From Candidatus Latescibacterota bacterium (lineage in GTDB: Bacteria; Latescibacterota; UBA2968; GCA-2709665): a DNA stretch of 64,000 nt. The translations under genes and the position numbers were made by a program. Positions 30,067-41,001 of the stretch are shown here, in pieces. The stretch lies in assembly GCA_965208835.1 (NCBI GenBank), contig OZ242358.1, positions 3,328,001 to 3,392,000 of the forward strand, read 5' to 3'. Positions within the stretch are counted from its first letter, which is position 1. Every line of letters begins with the position of its first letter. The notes beneath the pieces are model-generated. The model searched no databases. It was given only the letters and a program-made list of their open reading frames with translations, and had not been told where the DNA came from.

Positions 30067-30311
30067 TGGTTTCTCCAGGTATTGAATTGCTCGATGATCA
30101 TCAAACGAACTCACAGGGCTTGTCGAAGCGCCCGCGTTTCGGCACCCTTTTCCTTCGCCGACCCTTCGACCCTTCGACAGGCTCAGGGAGCGGCTAAGGG
30201 CGCCCGGTCAATGTAGTGGAAAAAGAGGTAGACTTTCGGGTGCTGCCCGTAATGTGTGTCAGTGCGGCCGGGGTGGTGGTTGGGGCTTCCTGGACGCAAG
30301 CCTGGAGCGTT

Positions 30312-31175
30312 CTACTTCAAAGTCTCCACAGCTCTCAAGAGGGATTCAGATGTTACCGAGTAGCCCAGGCGGGCTTCAAAATTGAGAATTGCGACTCGCG
30401 TTTTCCACAGTCCATCCAGAGTCTCAGCCGCTTCATATGTTGTGGTACAGTCGGTTACAACGATAGGCATGTAACCCAGGCGACTCATATTTCTTATGCC
30501 ATGGGGCTTATTCATCAGACATTCATCAGTCTCAAAGCCCATATAGAACAGAGTCTTGATACGCTTTTCAGCAAGGAGCCGATGAAACTGGTCTCCGGAA
30601 TACACCAGCAAATCGCCGTCCTGGGGTTCAACGGGTTCAGGTATCGATATTTCGTCATAGAGTCTCCCCTGAATATTCGCCCAATCCTCCATCCGCCATA
30701 TCAATTCGCTATGCTGACTCTTCCAATTGTCCACCCACTCTTGAGGAGGCCATTGGCCGTTTCGATTCTCTTTTGAGTTTTCGGAAGATGCAGAATTCTC
30801 AGATAGGCTCTGGCGCTCTTCATCGGTTGTCGACAGATTCCATTGAGGGTATTTTTTCAGAAAATCCGATTGATTGCAGTGAAAAATCTGGAAGTCCATA
30901 TCGCGAAGCGTATTTACCAGTGGCCCGACTGTTGTCTCAGTAATTCGGCGTTTTCGTTCAGCGTGGGAGCGACCTCGTTCAAAACTGCGATCACCAAGTT
31001 CTTCGTCATAGGGGCCATCATCCCAGCCAAAATTCCAAAAATCAACCAGCGCAATCCCAACTTCCTTGACGTCAAAAGTAAACGGGACACGACGCCGACA
31101 GAATGTCTCCTCCGTGAATGCCAATCCATCCTGGGGACTGCGTGGCGTATATTCAAGATCAACCGTGAAACCCAT
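30312..31175 (-). CDS. Isochorismatase-like cysteine hydrolase
   Basis: LVDFWN, YMGFETDEC, VVTDCT. Confidence 0.75.
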   Translation of the reverse strand: MGFTVDLEYTPRSPQDGLAFTEETFCRRRVPFTFDVKEVGIALVDFWNFGWDDGPYDEELGDRSFERGRSHAERKRRITETTVGPLVNTLRDMDFQIFHCNQSDFLKKYPQWNLSTTDEERQSLSENSASSENSKENRNGQWPPQEWVDNWKSQHSELIWRMEDWANIQGRLYDEISIPEPVEPQDGDLLVYSGDQFHRLLAEKRIKTLFYMGFETDECLMNKPHGIRNMSRLGYMPIVVTDCTTTYEAAETLDGLWKTRVAILNFEARLGYSVTSESLLRAVETLK

Positions 31176-31286
31176 AGGATGGCCTCGCTTTTGGACGCAG
31201 GACGCGCCGTCAGGTCTCTGGGCCGCATTGCACATATCGTTCCGCCGCGTCCAGGAGCTGGCTGCCGGGATGTTGTTGAAACAGTA

Positions 31287-31937
31287 CTAAGTTTGCATAA
31301 GCTCATGGATCAGCGGCGGAACCTGGCGTATATCGGTCAGTTGCCGCAGGGCGCCGGTGAAGTCCAGGCCGCGCGTCAGGCCCTGCGGTATGACGATGCA
31401 GCGCAGCCCGGCCGCAAGAGCGGCGCGCAGCCCCCGGTCCGAGTCTTCAATGGCGACGCATTCGGCGGCGCTGAGGCCGTTTTTCCGCATGGCCGTGAGG
31501 TAGGGCTCGGGGTCGGGCTTGGAATGCAGGTAGTCTTCACGCATGAGCGTGAAATCAATGTAGTCCAGCATGCCGGTAGCGGCGTGGATGATCTCAAAGT
31601 GCTCCCGCCGCGAACTGGTGACGATGCCCATACGCACCGTACCGTGGAGTTGGCGCAGCACCTGGCGCGCGCCGCCGATGACGGGCACGCCGGCCCTCAC
31701 GAGTTCGGTGAAGCGGGCGTTGCGCCGGATGCGGGCGGTCTCCAGCGTCTGTTCGTCTATGCCGTGTTCGGCCGCAATCCTCCTGAGGCCGTCGCTGGAC
31801 TTGAGGAAGAACTCGATGAAACGGGCTTCGCTCAGGCCGACGTCGAGGGTTTCCAGGATTTCGCGGCAGGCCTGGAAGTACAGGCCTTCGGTGTCGACCA
31901 GGACGCCGTCGTTGTCCCAAAGAATGGCTTTCAGCAT
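31287..31937 (-). CDS. HAD-family phosphatase
   Basis: WDNDGVLVDTE, VTSS, KPDPEPY, IEDS. Confidence 0.93.
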   Translation of the reverse strand: MLKAILWDNDGVLVDTEGLYFQACREILETLDVGLSEARFIEFFLKSSDGLRRIAAEHGIDEQTLETARIRRNARFTELVRAGVPVIGGARQVLRQLHGTVRMGIVTSSRREHFEIIHAATGMLDYIDFTLMREDYLHSKPDPEPYLTAMRKNGLSAAECVAIEDSDRGLRAALAAGLRCIVIPQGLTRGLDFTGALRQLTDIRQVPPLIHELMQT

Positions 31938-31985
31938 GGTGCTTTAATTCCTTTCCGCCGACCTGCCGGTCTGCGAACCTGTGAA

Positions 31986-32678
31986 TCAGGTTGTCGAAGG
32001 CCAGGCCGCCTTAGGCCTGGCGCCGGAAGCCGATGTATTATGCGAGGGTTCGGCCAATAAAGTCTCTATTTGAGACGAATCGAATCTGAGCACATCACAA
32101 AAACCGAACGCCCGATTCGCACACACTTCGCCGTAATCCTCGCCAAAAACCAGCGAAGTTAGCGCCTGTAGTACGCCTGCGTGTGTAACCACCAGGACAC
32201 TCCCAGATTCGACGAATCTTCCAATCTCATGCAGGCCAGCCGTCACCCTGTCCAGAAATTCGGCCGTACGCTCCACGCCCGGTATCAAATCAGGAATCAC
32301 TCGGTCTGTCTTTCTGTCGAAGCATTCGGGAAACCGCGCGGTCTGTTGGGCGCGGGTAAGGCCCTGAAACGCTCCCTCGCCTCTTTCAGCTAGGTTATCC
32401 GATTGAAGGCCATTTTCGACGTCCAATTGGCGTGACAAGAGTTCGGCCGTCTGAATGGCCCGACCAAGTGAAGAGGTCACGACTGTGCCGAAATTCTCGG
32501 ACTTCAGTCTTTCACCAAGCTCGCGTACTTGACTCACGCCGACGTCGGTTAGCGGCGAATCCAGGCAGCCTTGCGTTCGGCCCTCGACCTTCCAGACTGT
32601 CTCTCCATGCCTGACGCAAGCGATGGTTCTCTTCGATGCCGCTACGGTAGGTTGAAGCCCACATGCGGACTTTGTCAT
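31986..32678 (-). CDS. Histidine phosphatase family protein
   Basis: RHGET, SSLGRAIQTA, VVTHAG. Confidence 0.92.
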   Translation of the reverse strand: MTKSACGLQPTVAASKRTIACVRHGETVWKVEGRTQGCLDSPLTDVGVSQVRELGERLKSENFGTVVTSSLGRAIQTAELLSRQLDVENGLQSDNLAERGEGAFQGLTRAQQTARFPECFDRKTDRVIPDLIPGVERTAEFLDRVTAGLHEIGRFVESGSVLVVTHAGVLQALTSLVFGEDYGEVCANRAFGFCDVLRFDSSQIETLLAEPSHNTSASGARPKAAWPSTT

Positions 32679-32706
32679 TTTTTTTCGTTTTCCTTGGAGC
32701 GACTCC

Positions 32707-33930
32707 CTAGAATGCGCAGTCAAAATCCCACATGCAGAGTTGACCTCTTGGAAACAGAGTACTCAATAGATTCGCTTCCGTTTTCTTTAGTTCTAAATTG
32801 TTGGAGAATACGATATGTTCGATCCCCATATCCCCAAAAAGCAGTTTTATCAACTGTTCCTGGTTGAGGTGGAGAGTTATGTCCGGCATGACCGATTCTG
32901 TCAAAATGGACAATACCCCTTCATTGATATTCAAGATCTGAATACCAGCTTCATATTGAATGGCGATAAAGCCCTTCCATTGATTGAAATCAGATTCTGC
33001 AAGCCGCAGCGTCAATAGAGGTGTGATCTTTCGCAAGATAGATTCAAAGTTGATAATCCGAACCATCATATTATTGGATTCGAGCCGGTTAACTTTGCAC
33101 CCTGCATCTTCAAACAAGCTTTGGAATTTCAATGGAACAAGAGCATCCATCGTCTCTACGCCTTCAGCCTTGGCACAAACAAATACGTGCTTGAGTAGAT
33201 TGACCAGTTCTCGATCCTGGCCTTGGGAGAACCCAATTTCGACGATATCCCAATCGACGGATCTCAGGTAAGCTGACAACTCGCCATTTCCTCTTGCCTT
33301 CCAATAGAGGGCAGGTTCATCTTTGAGATATTCTATCTGATGATCCCAATAGGTAGAATTCCTTACCACTGAACCTGAATGTAATGAGTTAAATTGATCA
33401 TAGGTTGCGATTATTCCGTTCGGATCATTTTTAAAAGAACCACAATCTATATGCGATTCATCTGGCGCTCGCAATCCGCCGTCCCTCGGAAGATCCAATC
33501 TCATGCTGAATGTCGGGTAAACGACCCAACCAACTTTCGCATAATGAGAAGGAATTCGAGTCGTTAAGAATGAAATGTCATATCCGCTTTTTTTCATGTA
33601 AGAAGCGCTAACCTTCATCAATTGCGAGGAATAGCCTCTGTGCCGATAGTCTGGCAAAGTATACACACTTCCAATACCACCCATTTGTATGACACAGTTG
33701 CCAATATGAATTGGGCGACGAAAAATCTGAACCAGGCTCACAACTTTCCCGTCCAAGAAACATGCAAGTGTGTCATCTCTTGTAATCCATGGATCTTCCT
33801 GGAGATACTTGGCTTCGCGCTTGACCTGCCTGTCGTATTCCGTCTGATCGTCAACAGACTTATGAAAAAAGCAATGCACCGTGTCCATGAATTCAGACTG
33901 ATTGCCTGGAGAACGAAACTCGACTTTCAA
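32707..33930 (-). CDS. Eis-like GNAT acetyltransferase
   Basis: GGIGSVYTLPDYRHRGY, tandem GNAT domains and an SCP2-like C-terminus; visibly AT-rich. Confidence 0.88.
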   Translation of the reverse strand: MKVEFRSPGNQSEFMDTVHCFFHKSVDDQTEYDRQVKREAKYLQEDPWITRDDTLACFLDGKVVSLVQIFRRPIHIGNCVIQMGGIGSVYTLPDYRHRGYSSQLMKVSASYMKKSGYDISFLTTRIPSHYAKVGWVVYPTFSMRLDLPRDGGLRAPDESHIDCGSFKNDPNGIIATYDQFNSLHSGSVVRNSTYWDHQIEYLKDEPALYWKARGNGELSAYLRSVDWDIVEIGFSQGQDRELVNLLKHVFVCAKAEGVETMDALVPLKFQSLFEDAGCKVNRLESNNMMVRIINFESILRKITPLLTLRLAESDFNQWKGFIAIQYEAGIQILNINEGVLSILTESVMPDITLHLNQEQLIKLLFGDMGIEHIVFSNNLELKKTEANLLSTLFPRGQLCMWDFDCAF

Positions 33931-34126
33931 ATATCGCCACCGATCTATTAAATACCTTCCCGTTGCGGGCAGTAGGGCAATCGGTTTGTGGTTTTGACCC
34001 TATAATTCTCGAGATCTGGCATTCAAACCGGCATTTTGCAGAACGCTTCGTTAACCCTCAGCAGCCCCACTCAGAACCTAGCAAGTCGCGGGCCGACGTA
34101 CAGTGCGCACCATCAGGCTTCAGATT

Positions 34127-34882
34127 CTACATGACCGGCCTGAACCTGGCTTGAAGGATCCTGTGGGCTGACAACCCACCAAAAGGGGCGCCACAACGCC
34201 TGAGGTCCTCCGCAACCTTGCGGAAATCGTAACTCAATCTGTGATTCTCCACGTGCCACTCCTGCCCATCCCACCACACGCCGGCATATCCGGCTCGATG
34301 ATCTCCGTCATACGGAAACCCGATTGAATCAATGATGCTGTATCGCTGACCGCACGGAACGCCACAGGACGCGTAGTGAAGGTGTCCAGCCACGATCAGA
34401 TTGGCCCTCGCATCCCCCAGCAGTGTCCTGGCCTCGGCTTCCGGAGTAACCGGCCGCTGACTGAACGGAACAGGTTGAAGAACCAACATACCGTTCACGT
34501 CAGCAGGCGTTGCGTGCACAATGAGAAGATCGTCCTCCGGAGACCGCCCTCCCGGCGGCGTTATCCTGTGTTCAAATGGCAGTCCCTTCAGATAGCTCAG
34601 GCCATCCGTTCCCAGCTTCTCTCTCACCCAGTCCAGTCTTTCCCCGGAATGCCGTTCATCGAAGACCAACTGGTCTGTGTTCCCGTAGATCGTGGGGACC
34701 CCCAGACTTCGAATCGCGTCAAGACTCTCGGCCGGGCGGGGTCCGCTCAGCACCAGGTCGCCGGCGACCACCAGACGATCACAGGATTGGCGTTGCAGAT
34801 CCTCGAGAACAGCGTTGAGTGCAGCCACGTTGCCGTGAATGTCTGAAATGACCGCAACTGAGTATGGCAGGGTATCATTCAT
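34127..34882 (-). CDS. Metallophosphoesterase
   Basis: SDIHGN, GDLV, GNTD, VHA, GHLH. Confidence 0.92.
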   Translation of the reverse strand: MNDTLPYSVAVISDIHGNVAALNAVLEDLQRQSCDRLVVAGDLVLSGPRPAESLDAIRSLGVPTIYGNTDQLVFDERHSGERLDWVREKLGTDGLSYLKGLPFEHRITPPGGRSPEDDLLIVHATPADVNGMLVLQPVPFSQRPVTPEAEARTLLGDARANLIVAGHLHYASCGVPCGQRYSIIDSIGFPYDGDHRAGYAGVWWDGQEWHVENHRLSYDFRKVAEDLRRCGAPFGGLSAHRILQARFRPVM

Positions 34883-34979
34883 TTCACATCTCAAGAATCT
34901 GGCTGTGGCGGTGAACGGTAGAATGTCGAAAATCAATCATCTGCGCCGGGTCGACGTCGATTCCTCCCACCTGAACAAC

Positions 34980-35855
34980 CTATATCTCAATCGTCGTAAG
35001 CTCGTCAGGATACACGATACAGCCGCTGTATCCATTCCCATGGTAGCCTCGACGCAGCCTGCCGACGACCTCGTCACTGTGCGGAGAACCGCAGTGGATG
35101 ACCACGACCCTCGATATGCCGGCTTCATTAGCGATGTCAACAACCTCTGAGATGTCCGCGCTGACGCCCCGGATCGGATGCGAAGCATCTTCGTCATTCT
35201 CTTTGAAATTGCGCATAGAGAGCCCCGTAACGAACGTATCGACCCCCCTGGCCAATGGCCTCAGTTCGGGACAGTCCGCTGCATCGCACAGGAAGAGCAC
35301 GCTGCCGCTATCCGTATCGATCCGGTACGCCAACTCGGTCAGGTAGGGGTCGACATGAGGAACCTGTACAGCCGTCGTCTTCCAACCCTTCCCCTCGACA
35401 ACGGCTCCTGAACTGATGTCGGATACGTCGACCTTCATGCCCGGGCGGGGAAGTCTTCCGCCTCTCCCCACGTGCCCGTGGTGGCTGATGTGGTGTTCTC
35501 GACGCGCAACGATATCAGGAAGGAAGGCGCCGTCCTTGCCAAAGAGGCGATCCACGAATTCCACCGTCGGAGGCGGACCAAAGACTCTGAGGGGACGAAG
35601 ATCGCCGGGATCGAGATCGAACCGCAGCAGGGCAAAGCACGGGAAATCAACGATATGATCCGAGTGATGGTGAGTCAGGAAAACCGAATTCACCTGTGCA
35701 GGGCTCATTCCCATGCGTGCCATCTTGTAGGTTGTGCCGGGGCCGCAATCAACCATGATTCGATCGTCGCCGATCTCGAGAATGCAGGAACACCCGTAGC
35801 GTTCACCCATACGGCTGGGACGCGGACCACCGTTACCGAGAATGTGTAGCTTCAT
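34980..35855 (-). CDS. MBL-fold hydrolase (RNase Z-like)
   Basis: VDCGPG, THHHSDH, AYRID. Confidence 0.9.
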   Translation of the reverse strand: MKLHILGNGGPRPSRMGERYGCSCILEIGDDRIMVDCGPGTTYKMARMGMSPAQVNSVFLTHHHSDHIVDFPCFALLRFDLDPGDLRPLRVFGPPPTVEFVDRLFGKDGAFLPDIVARREHHISHHGHVGRGGRLPRPGMKVDVSDISSGAVVEGKGWKTTAVQVPHVDPYLTELAYRIDTDSGSVLFLCDAADCPELRPLARGVDTFVTGLSMRNFKENDEDASHPIRGVSADISEVVDIANEAGISRVVVIHCGSPHSDEVVGRLRRGYHGNGYSGCIVYPDELTTIEI

Positions 35856-36058
35856 TTGACAGTCACCGGACAGCCTTTCACGTATTATGCGCTCATGTTG
35901 GTCTTTTCGCCGCCAACTCTCGATTGTGCGGAAGAATCCGTTCGAAAAACCCCGTATGGCTCATTCGCTTTAGTGCAGTTCCATCAAACAAAGTAAGTGG
36001 TTCAGAGGTTTTCCGGGCGGCCAGGACGGGATAACAAAACGACGTGTTATACGACGGC

Positions 36059-36505
36059 CTATTCCGCGTCCGGATTCACGGTTCCACAATAGAACTTGTA
36101 GTATCTGTGCTGCCGCAGTCCGAGCTCCTGGTAGAACGCGGCTGCTGGCGTAGCCTCATTGGCAATCAGGGACACAGACGCGTCTGATTCCCCAAGCGTG
36201 TCGAGCAGATGACGCACCAGGCTTCGACCATGGCCTGATCGACGTCGATCAGGTTCAACAAAGAGCTCCTGCATGTAGTAGTTGATTCGGTCCTGCCACG
36301 GATAACTGTATCCGAACATCGCTCCGACGACGTTATCGTTTTCGACGGCGACGAGACAGTGCCCGGGATCGAACCTCCAGAATCGACCGAGGTAGTGGTG
36401 GGCCTGGGCGACGCTCCACGATTCCTCGTACGGCCATTCGGAGAAGACCTTTACGAATAGACGTGCACAAGCTCCCAAGTCCTCCGACGTGACTGTGCGT
36501 ATCAT
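36059..36505 (-). CDS. GNAT acetyltransferase (AAC(6')-like size)
   Basis: ELFVEPDRRRSGHG, AAAFYQELG. Confidence 0.85.
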   Translation of the reverse strand: MIRTVTSEDLGACARLFVKVFSEWPYEESWSVAQAHHYLGRFWRFDPGHCLVAVENDNVVGAMFGYSYPWQDRINYYMQELFVEPDRRRSGHGRSLVRHLLDTLGESDASVSLIANEATPAAAFYQELGLRQHRYYKFYCGTVNPDAE

Positions 36506-36663
36506 ACCTGATTTCTCCTCGGATCCCGAATGCAAAAACAGTCCTGCTGCCGGTCGTAAGACGTTCCCACGGTTGGCGAAGGCCGGGTTTGACGAGGCGA
36601 TGTCGAAGCAAGTCATCGTTCTCGCCCGCGGCGAACACTCCCGCAACGAGGCAAGGATCCTGC

Positions 36664-37977
36664 TCAAATCCGGCCCTCTTCGGGTACCTCGCGCCCGCCG
36701 TCCCAGAACCCTGGCTTGTCGGTCTCCGTCGGCCAGTACCCGCCGGCGTCTTCATTCCATTGGTTTCCGCACATCGACGAGATGATGGTCCATTCCGCCG
36801 CCCCGAAATCCGGCTCGGGATGGTACAGGAAGCGCTTCAAACCCGCCTCCCGCGAAGCAGTCAGGATACCGTAGAGATCCCGTGCCTGCATCGGGTCGCC
36901 TCCGTGGGGGCGGCGACCCGTGGACACCCAGGCGATGACCTTGTCCGGATCGCCTATGGCCTCAAGTGCCCGCCGGGTCTCGTTGTAGACCACCCTGGAG
37001 AAGAATTCGTCGGGGAAACCCATCTCCATGTCCATAAGCGAGTTGACGCCGGGCAGATCGATGCCCAATAGCGCCTTCACGACGGCGAAACACTCCGCCT
37101 CGCTCAGGGACGGATTCCACTTTCGCAACCGTCTTACCCAGCGGGATATGGTCCCGTACATGCCGTCCATGCCGCGGTGCCAGAAATAGTGTTTCGGAAA
37201 GATATAGTCGAAATACTCCGCCATCTGACAGTAGTTCTGTCCGGTGAGCGATGACCACGCCGCGGCTCGCGGGATTCCGCCCAGCTCCACCCTGCGATCG
37301 ACGGCGTCGACCTGTTCCCGCAAATACTGCCAGTCGAAGCGAGAAAGCTCCTGCCGCTTGCGCAGCCAGTAGAGCACGTCCTCGTTGACGTCGAACAGGA
37401 GCATTGCCCCCAGCATCCCCCCGTCGGCGTGGAACCGCACCAATTCCGGTGTCAGATTATGCAAACGATCCCGCATGTGGTTGATGCCGCGTTGTATTCG
37501 ATCAATCTCGGCGCCGACCTGGGCGAAGCGGGCCTCCTCACCGGGTCGGACCTCCAGGAGCTCGCCCCCGTGGTGGAAGGCCAGCTCGTAGTGGTTTTCG
37601 CCCGGACCGTCGACAATGACGCCGTGTACCTGCGGAAAGGCGTTCATCTGGTCCTGCACGTGGGCGGTCGGGCCGCCACCTGCGAAAATCAGCAGTCGCC
37701 AGCCCCGCTTTGCGGCGTTGTCCAGCATTGCGTGCAGCTTCTTCTCTTTTGTGAGGTCGCGCGGACGCTGTTCCGGGACTTCCGCCCCCAGGGCCTCGTA
37801 CACCTTCGGGTCGGGAGCCCACGCCGGAATGGTGGTGCCGTCGTCCTGGAGGAATGTCATGCGGCCCACGGCCAGACCACGCACGCCGCCGTCCTCCCAG
37901 GCGTCGAACCGCTCCTCGAACCCGTCGAGCCAGTGTTCGAACGGGCTGTCACTGCAGGTGAATACCCAGAGTTTCAT
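36664..37977 (-). CDS. Hypothetical protein, paralog of 39257-40633
   Basis: Strong coding bias, RBS GGAGG, extensive identity with the paralog. Confidence 0.85.
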   Translation of the reverse strand: MKLWVFTCSDSPFEHWLDGFEERFDAWEDGGVRGLAVGRMTFLQDDGTTIPAWAPDPKVYEALGAEVPEQRPRDLTKEKKLHAMLDNAAKRGWRLLIFAGGGPTAHVQDQMNAFPQVHGVIVDGPGENHYELAFHHGGELLEVRPGEEARFAQVGAEIDRIQRGINHMRDRLHNLTPELVRFHADGGMLGAMLLFDVNEDVLYWLRKRQELSRFDWQYLREQVDAVDRRVELGGIPRAAAWSSLTGQNYCQMAEYFDYIFPKHYFWHRGMDGMYGTISRWVRRLRKWNPSLSEAECFAVVKALLGIDLPGVNSLMDMEMGFPDEFFSRVVYNETRRALEAIGDPDKVIAWVSTGRRPHGGDPMQARDLYGILTASREAGLKRFLYHPEPDFGAAEWTIISSMCGNQWNEDAGGYWPTETDKPGFWDGGREVPEEGRI

Positions 37978-38150
37978 TTTCCCCTCCTTTTGGCCTGCCA
38001 GGAGCGATTTCCGTCAACGGCCTTGCGATACCCGACGTTTCAGGAGCGTAGCGGAGGTATTGTGCCCGGAGGGCCGAAAAGCCGGATCCGCAGCTCGACG
38101 TGGTATATGATTTGCCAGCCGGTATGGTCTGGGGTTCCCAACGACCAGCA

Positions 38151-38993
38151 TCAGACCCTGGTTTTGAAATGCGCACCTGCATCGTCGTCACCGAATAGCC
38201 AGCCAGTGTCATCGTTGCCAAATCGTTCATTTATCTCACTGGCATTGGGTAACAACGCGTAGGATTCAGGAGTGTTTATCTTTGAGGTTCGAGGATCGAG
38301 GTGGTAGTCCAGCTCATCACATCTGGGTAACTCGAGTCCCAGGAATCCGAAGATCTCCCTGGCTGCAGCGCGATTCGTTCCGAGGTCCCCGGTGTATAGA
38401 CTCTCGTAGTTGACCTTCATGTAAGTACCGATTGCGCGCCGTTCAATCACACTGTTGTAGCAGCCCCTGAGCTCTTTCGCGTATTCGAGACCGTCTTCGA
38501 TTTTCTTCAGGGAAACTGGCTTCAGATTCCGGTAGATGTGCCTGGTTTCCTCATTTAAGTCCGAGATCTGCCAGACTTTCGTTTGTTCGGCTATGCATCC
38601 GGAGACTTCGGCTCGCAGCAGATTCGCCCTTTGCAGGAAGATGACGGTGACCTCAGGAGAAAGCAACAGATGGGTGTATAGCTCTTTTGGAAGTTGGTAG
38701 CTGAGGATCTTTATCCCGTTGTACCTGGCGAAGAGATCGTCAAGGGCTTTCTCAAGCGACGGAACGTCCTCAATGAAGTCTACGTAGTTCCTCTCTCCCG
38801 GGTTTTCCTTTGCGTATCCGTGCCAGAACGGTTCAAGCGCGACGTTCATCAGCGGATGCAGCTGCAAAATGCGGTAGAGCGTCGTACTTCCGCTTCGCGC
38901 ATGTGCAAAGATGACGGTTCTTTCCGGAGGACTTGCCATCTCGTAATTCAAGAGTGCATCTATTTCCTGGGTACTCTGAATCCGCTTCTTCAC
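38151..38993 (-). CDS. Sulfotransferase (Stf0-like)
   Basis: ARSGST PAPS loop, IFLQRANLL...S, VNYESL. Confidence 0.8.
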   Translation of the reverse strand: MKKRIQSTQEIDALLNYEMASPPERTVIFAHARSGSTTLYRILQLHPLMNVALEPFWHGYAKENPGERNYVDFIEDVPSLEKALDDLFARYNGIKILSYQLPKELYTHLLLSPEVTVIFLQRANLLRAEVSGCIAEQTKVWQISDLNEETRHIYRNLKPVSLKKIEDGLEYAKELRGCYNSVIERRAIGTYMKVNYESLYTGDLGTNRAAAREIFGFLGLELPRCDELDYHLDPRTSKINTPESYALLPNASEINERFGNDDTGWLFGDDDAGAHFKTRV

Positions 38994-39025
38994 GAACTAC
39001 GCCATTCAACTTAGTGGGAGGCCAG

Positions 39026-39085
39026 ATGTCCGAGGACGATCAGAGGAGTCAAGTAGAAGCTCGATGGGAACAAATCGGCGAGGAA
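39026..39085 (+). pseudogene. 5' stump of methyltransferase 50149-50898
   Basis: MSEDDQRSQVEARWEQIGEE vs MSEEDQRSQVEARWEQIGKE. Confidence 0.85.
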
Positions 39086-39256
39086 ACGCCGGCCGGGGAT
39101 CAGGGCCTGTGGCGTCCGTTGCCAGGGGTCGCGGCGGATCGGGCCTTCCGGCGCATTGGGTGAATCACGTTGTGATTAGCCGGTTTCTGGGGACGTCGAT
39201 TCCCCGAGTCGGCGAAGCGACGAATCCCGCAGATAAGTCCCGCAACGGGCGCATGC

Positions 39257-40633
39257 CTACCTGCTGAACGCGTCGGGCCTGCCGGAGTCCGAGGGCCAGT
39301 ACGCGTCGCGGCTCGGGTGCCAGCGCTTGCCGCACAGGTCGGAGATCACGCTCCATTCGGGGGCGCTCAGATCAGGGTCCGGCTGGAACAGGAAGCGCTG
39401 CAGGCCGGCCCGCTCGGAGGCGGTCAGGATGCCGTGCAGGTCGCGGGCGGTCATGGGCTCGCCCCCATGCGGACGGCGCCCCGTCGACACCCAGGCGATC
39501 ACCTTGTTCACATCCCCGATGGCCTCCAGCGCTCGGCGCGTCTCGTTGTACACCAGCTCCGAGAAGAACTCCTCGGGGAACCCCAGTTCCATGTCCGCCA
39601 GGGTCTGCACCCCGGGAAGCTCCAGCCCCAGAAAGGCCTTGACCACGGCGAAGCCGTCTGCCTCCAACAGGGTCGGGTTCCAGTCCAGGACCTGCTGCAC
39701 CCAGCGGGCCATGGTGCCGTAGAGGCCGTCATTCCCGCGGTGCCAGAAGTAGTGCTTGGGGCAGACGTAGTCGAAGTACTCCGCCATCTCGCCAAATTCG
39801 TGCCCGGTCAGTGACGAGAAAGCAGCGGTGCGCGGAATGCCCCCCAGCTCCACCTTCCCTCCCAATCTCTGCATCTGCGTGTGCACGGCGCGCATGAACC
39901 CCCGCGCCGCTTCGCGGCGGGCGCGCAGCCAGTACAGGGCATCCTCGTTCAGGTCGAACAGGTTCAGTGCCCCCAGCATGCCGCCGGACGCGTGGTAGCG
40001 CACCAGATCCGGAGTCAGGTTGTGGAAACGCTCGTTCAGGTGCGCCATGCCGCGGGCGACGCGCTCCACATCGGCGCCGATGGCTTCCAGGCGGTGCCGC
40101 ATGCGACCGTCCAGTTCCAGTAGGGCCTGACCCCGATGGAAGGCAAGTTCGTAGAAGGTCTCACCGGGCTGGTCCAGGATGACGCCGTGGGCCTGGGGAT
40201 AGGCACTGGCCAGGTCGTGCACCCCGGCGGCCACCTCGATGGCCCCAAAAGGGTCCTCCTCCTCGGCTAGGCCGCTGGTGGTACCCTGGCCCCGCTGGTA
40301 GAGCAGCCGGAGCCCGTCTCTGGAGTCGAAGATCATGATGTGCCAGCCCCGGGAGGCGGCGTTGTCGAGGAGCGCGTGGAGCTGCTTCTCCCTCTCGGGG
40401 GTGCGGGCCGTTTCCGGGGGCGGCTTTATGCCGAACGCGGCGTACACCTTTGGGTCCGCCGCAAACGAGGGGGTGAGGGTGTCCCCCCACAACGGCATGC
40501 CGGCCTCGTTCCTGAGCCACATCCGTCCCACCACGATGCCGCCCACCCCTCCCGCCTCCCACGCGTCGAAGATGCGCGGGTAGTCGTCCAGCCAGCGCTC
40601 CAGGGGATTGTGCACGAAGATCCAGGGTACCAT
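39257..40633 (-). CDS. Hypothetical protein, paralog of 36664-37977
   Basis: Shared YELAFH, PKHYFWHRG.DG.YGT and IAWVSTGRRPHGG blocks. Confidence 0.85.
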   Translation of the reverse strand: MVPWIFVHNPLERWLDDYPRIFDAWEAGGVGGIVVGRMWLRNEAGMPLWGDTLTPSFAADPKVYAAFGIKPPPETARTPEREKQLHALLDNAASRGWHIMIFDSRDGLRLLYQRGQGTTSGLAEEEDPFGAIEVAAGVHDLASAYPQAHGVILDQPGETFYELAFHRGQALLELDGRMRHRLEAIGADVERVARGMAHLNERFHNLTPDLVRYHASGGMLGALNLFDLNEDALYWLRARREAARGFMRAVHTQMQRLGGKVELGGIPRTAAFSSLTGHEFGEMAEYFDYVCPKHYFWHRGNDGLYGTMARWVQQVLDWNPTLLEADGFAVVKAFLGLELPGVQTLADMELGFPEEFFSELVYNETRRALEAIGDVNKVIAWVSTGRRPHGGEPMTARDLHGILTASERAGLQRFLFQPDPDLSAPEWSVISDLCGKRWHPSRDAYWPSDSGRPDAFSR

Positions 40634-40659
40634 CGCGTCACCTCTCTCTCTGCATGATG

Positions 40660-40760
40660 GTCGGTTCCTTAACTGCACATTCAATGAGCATCCACAGCTA
40701 GAAACCCATCATGCCCAAGAGGAGGACAAGCAGGATTTCCCAAAGACCTATGCCGAACAT
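40660..40760 (-). pseudogene. 5' stump of a small membrane protein (PLDc_N-like)
   Basis: RBS GGGAGG, then MFGIGLWEILLVLLLGMMGF*LWMLIECAVKEP with an internal TAG; cut off by the next gene. Confidence 0.55.
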
Positions 40761-41001
40761 TCTCGCCTCCCTTGTTTTCGGTCAATCGAATAGTTGATAA
40801 TTATCTCGGGCTTTGGATTTGGAGTGAATATTCTGGACTCGTTGCACGACATTGTCATTGCTGACACCCAGGCGTGTTGCCGGAGGCCGATGGAACGAAC
40901 GCGACCGGCGCGCACGCGGACCTGTTATGCGTCTGCACAGGTTTTCGGAGTTGCAGGGGCAAACGGGGCACCTTAAACTGAGTCTTTCCGGGTCTTGTTT
41001 T

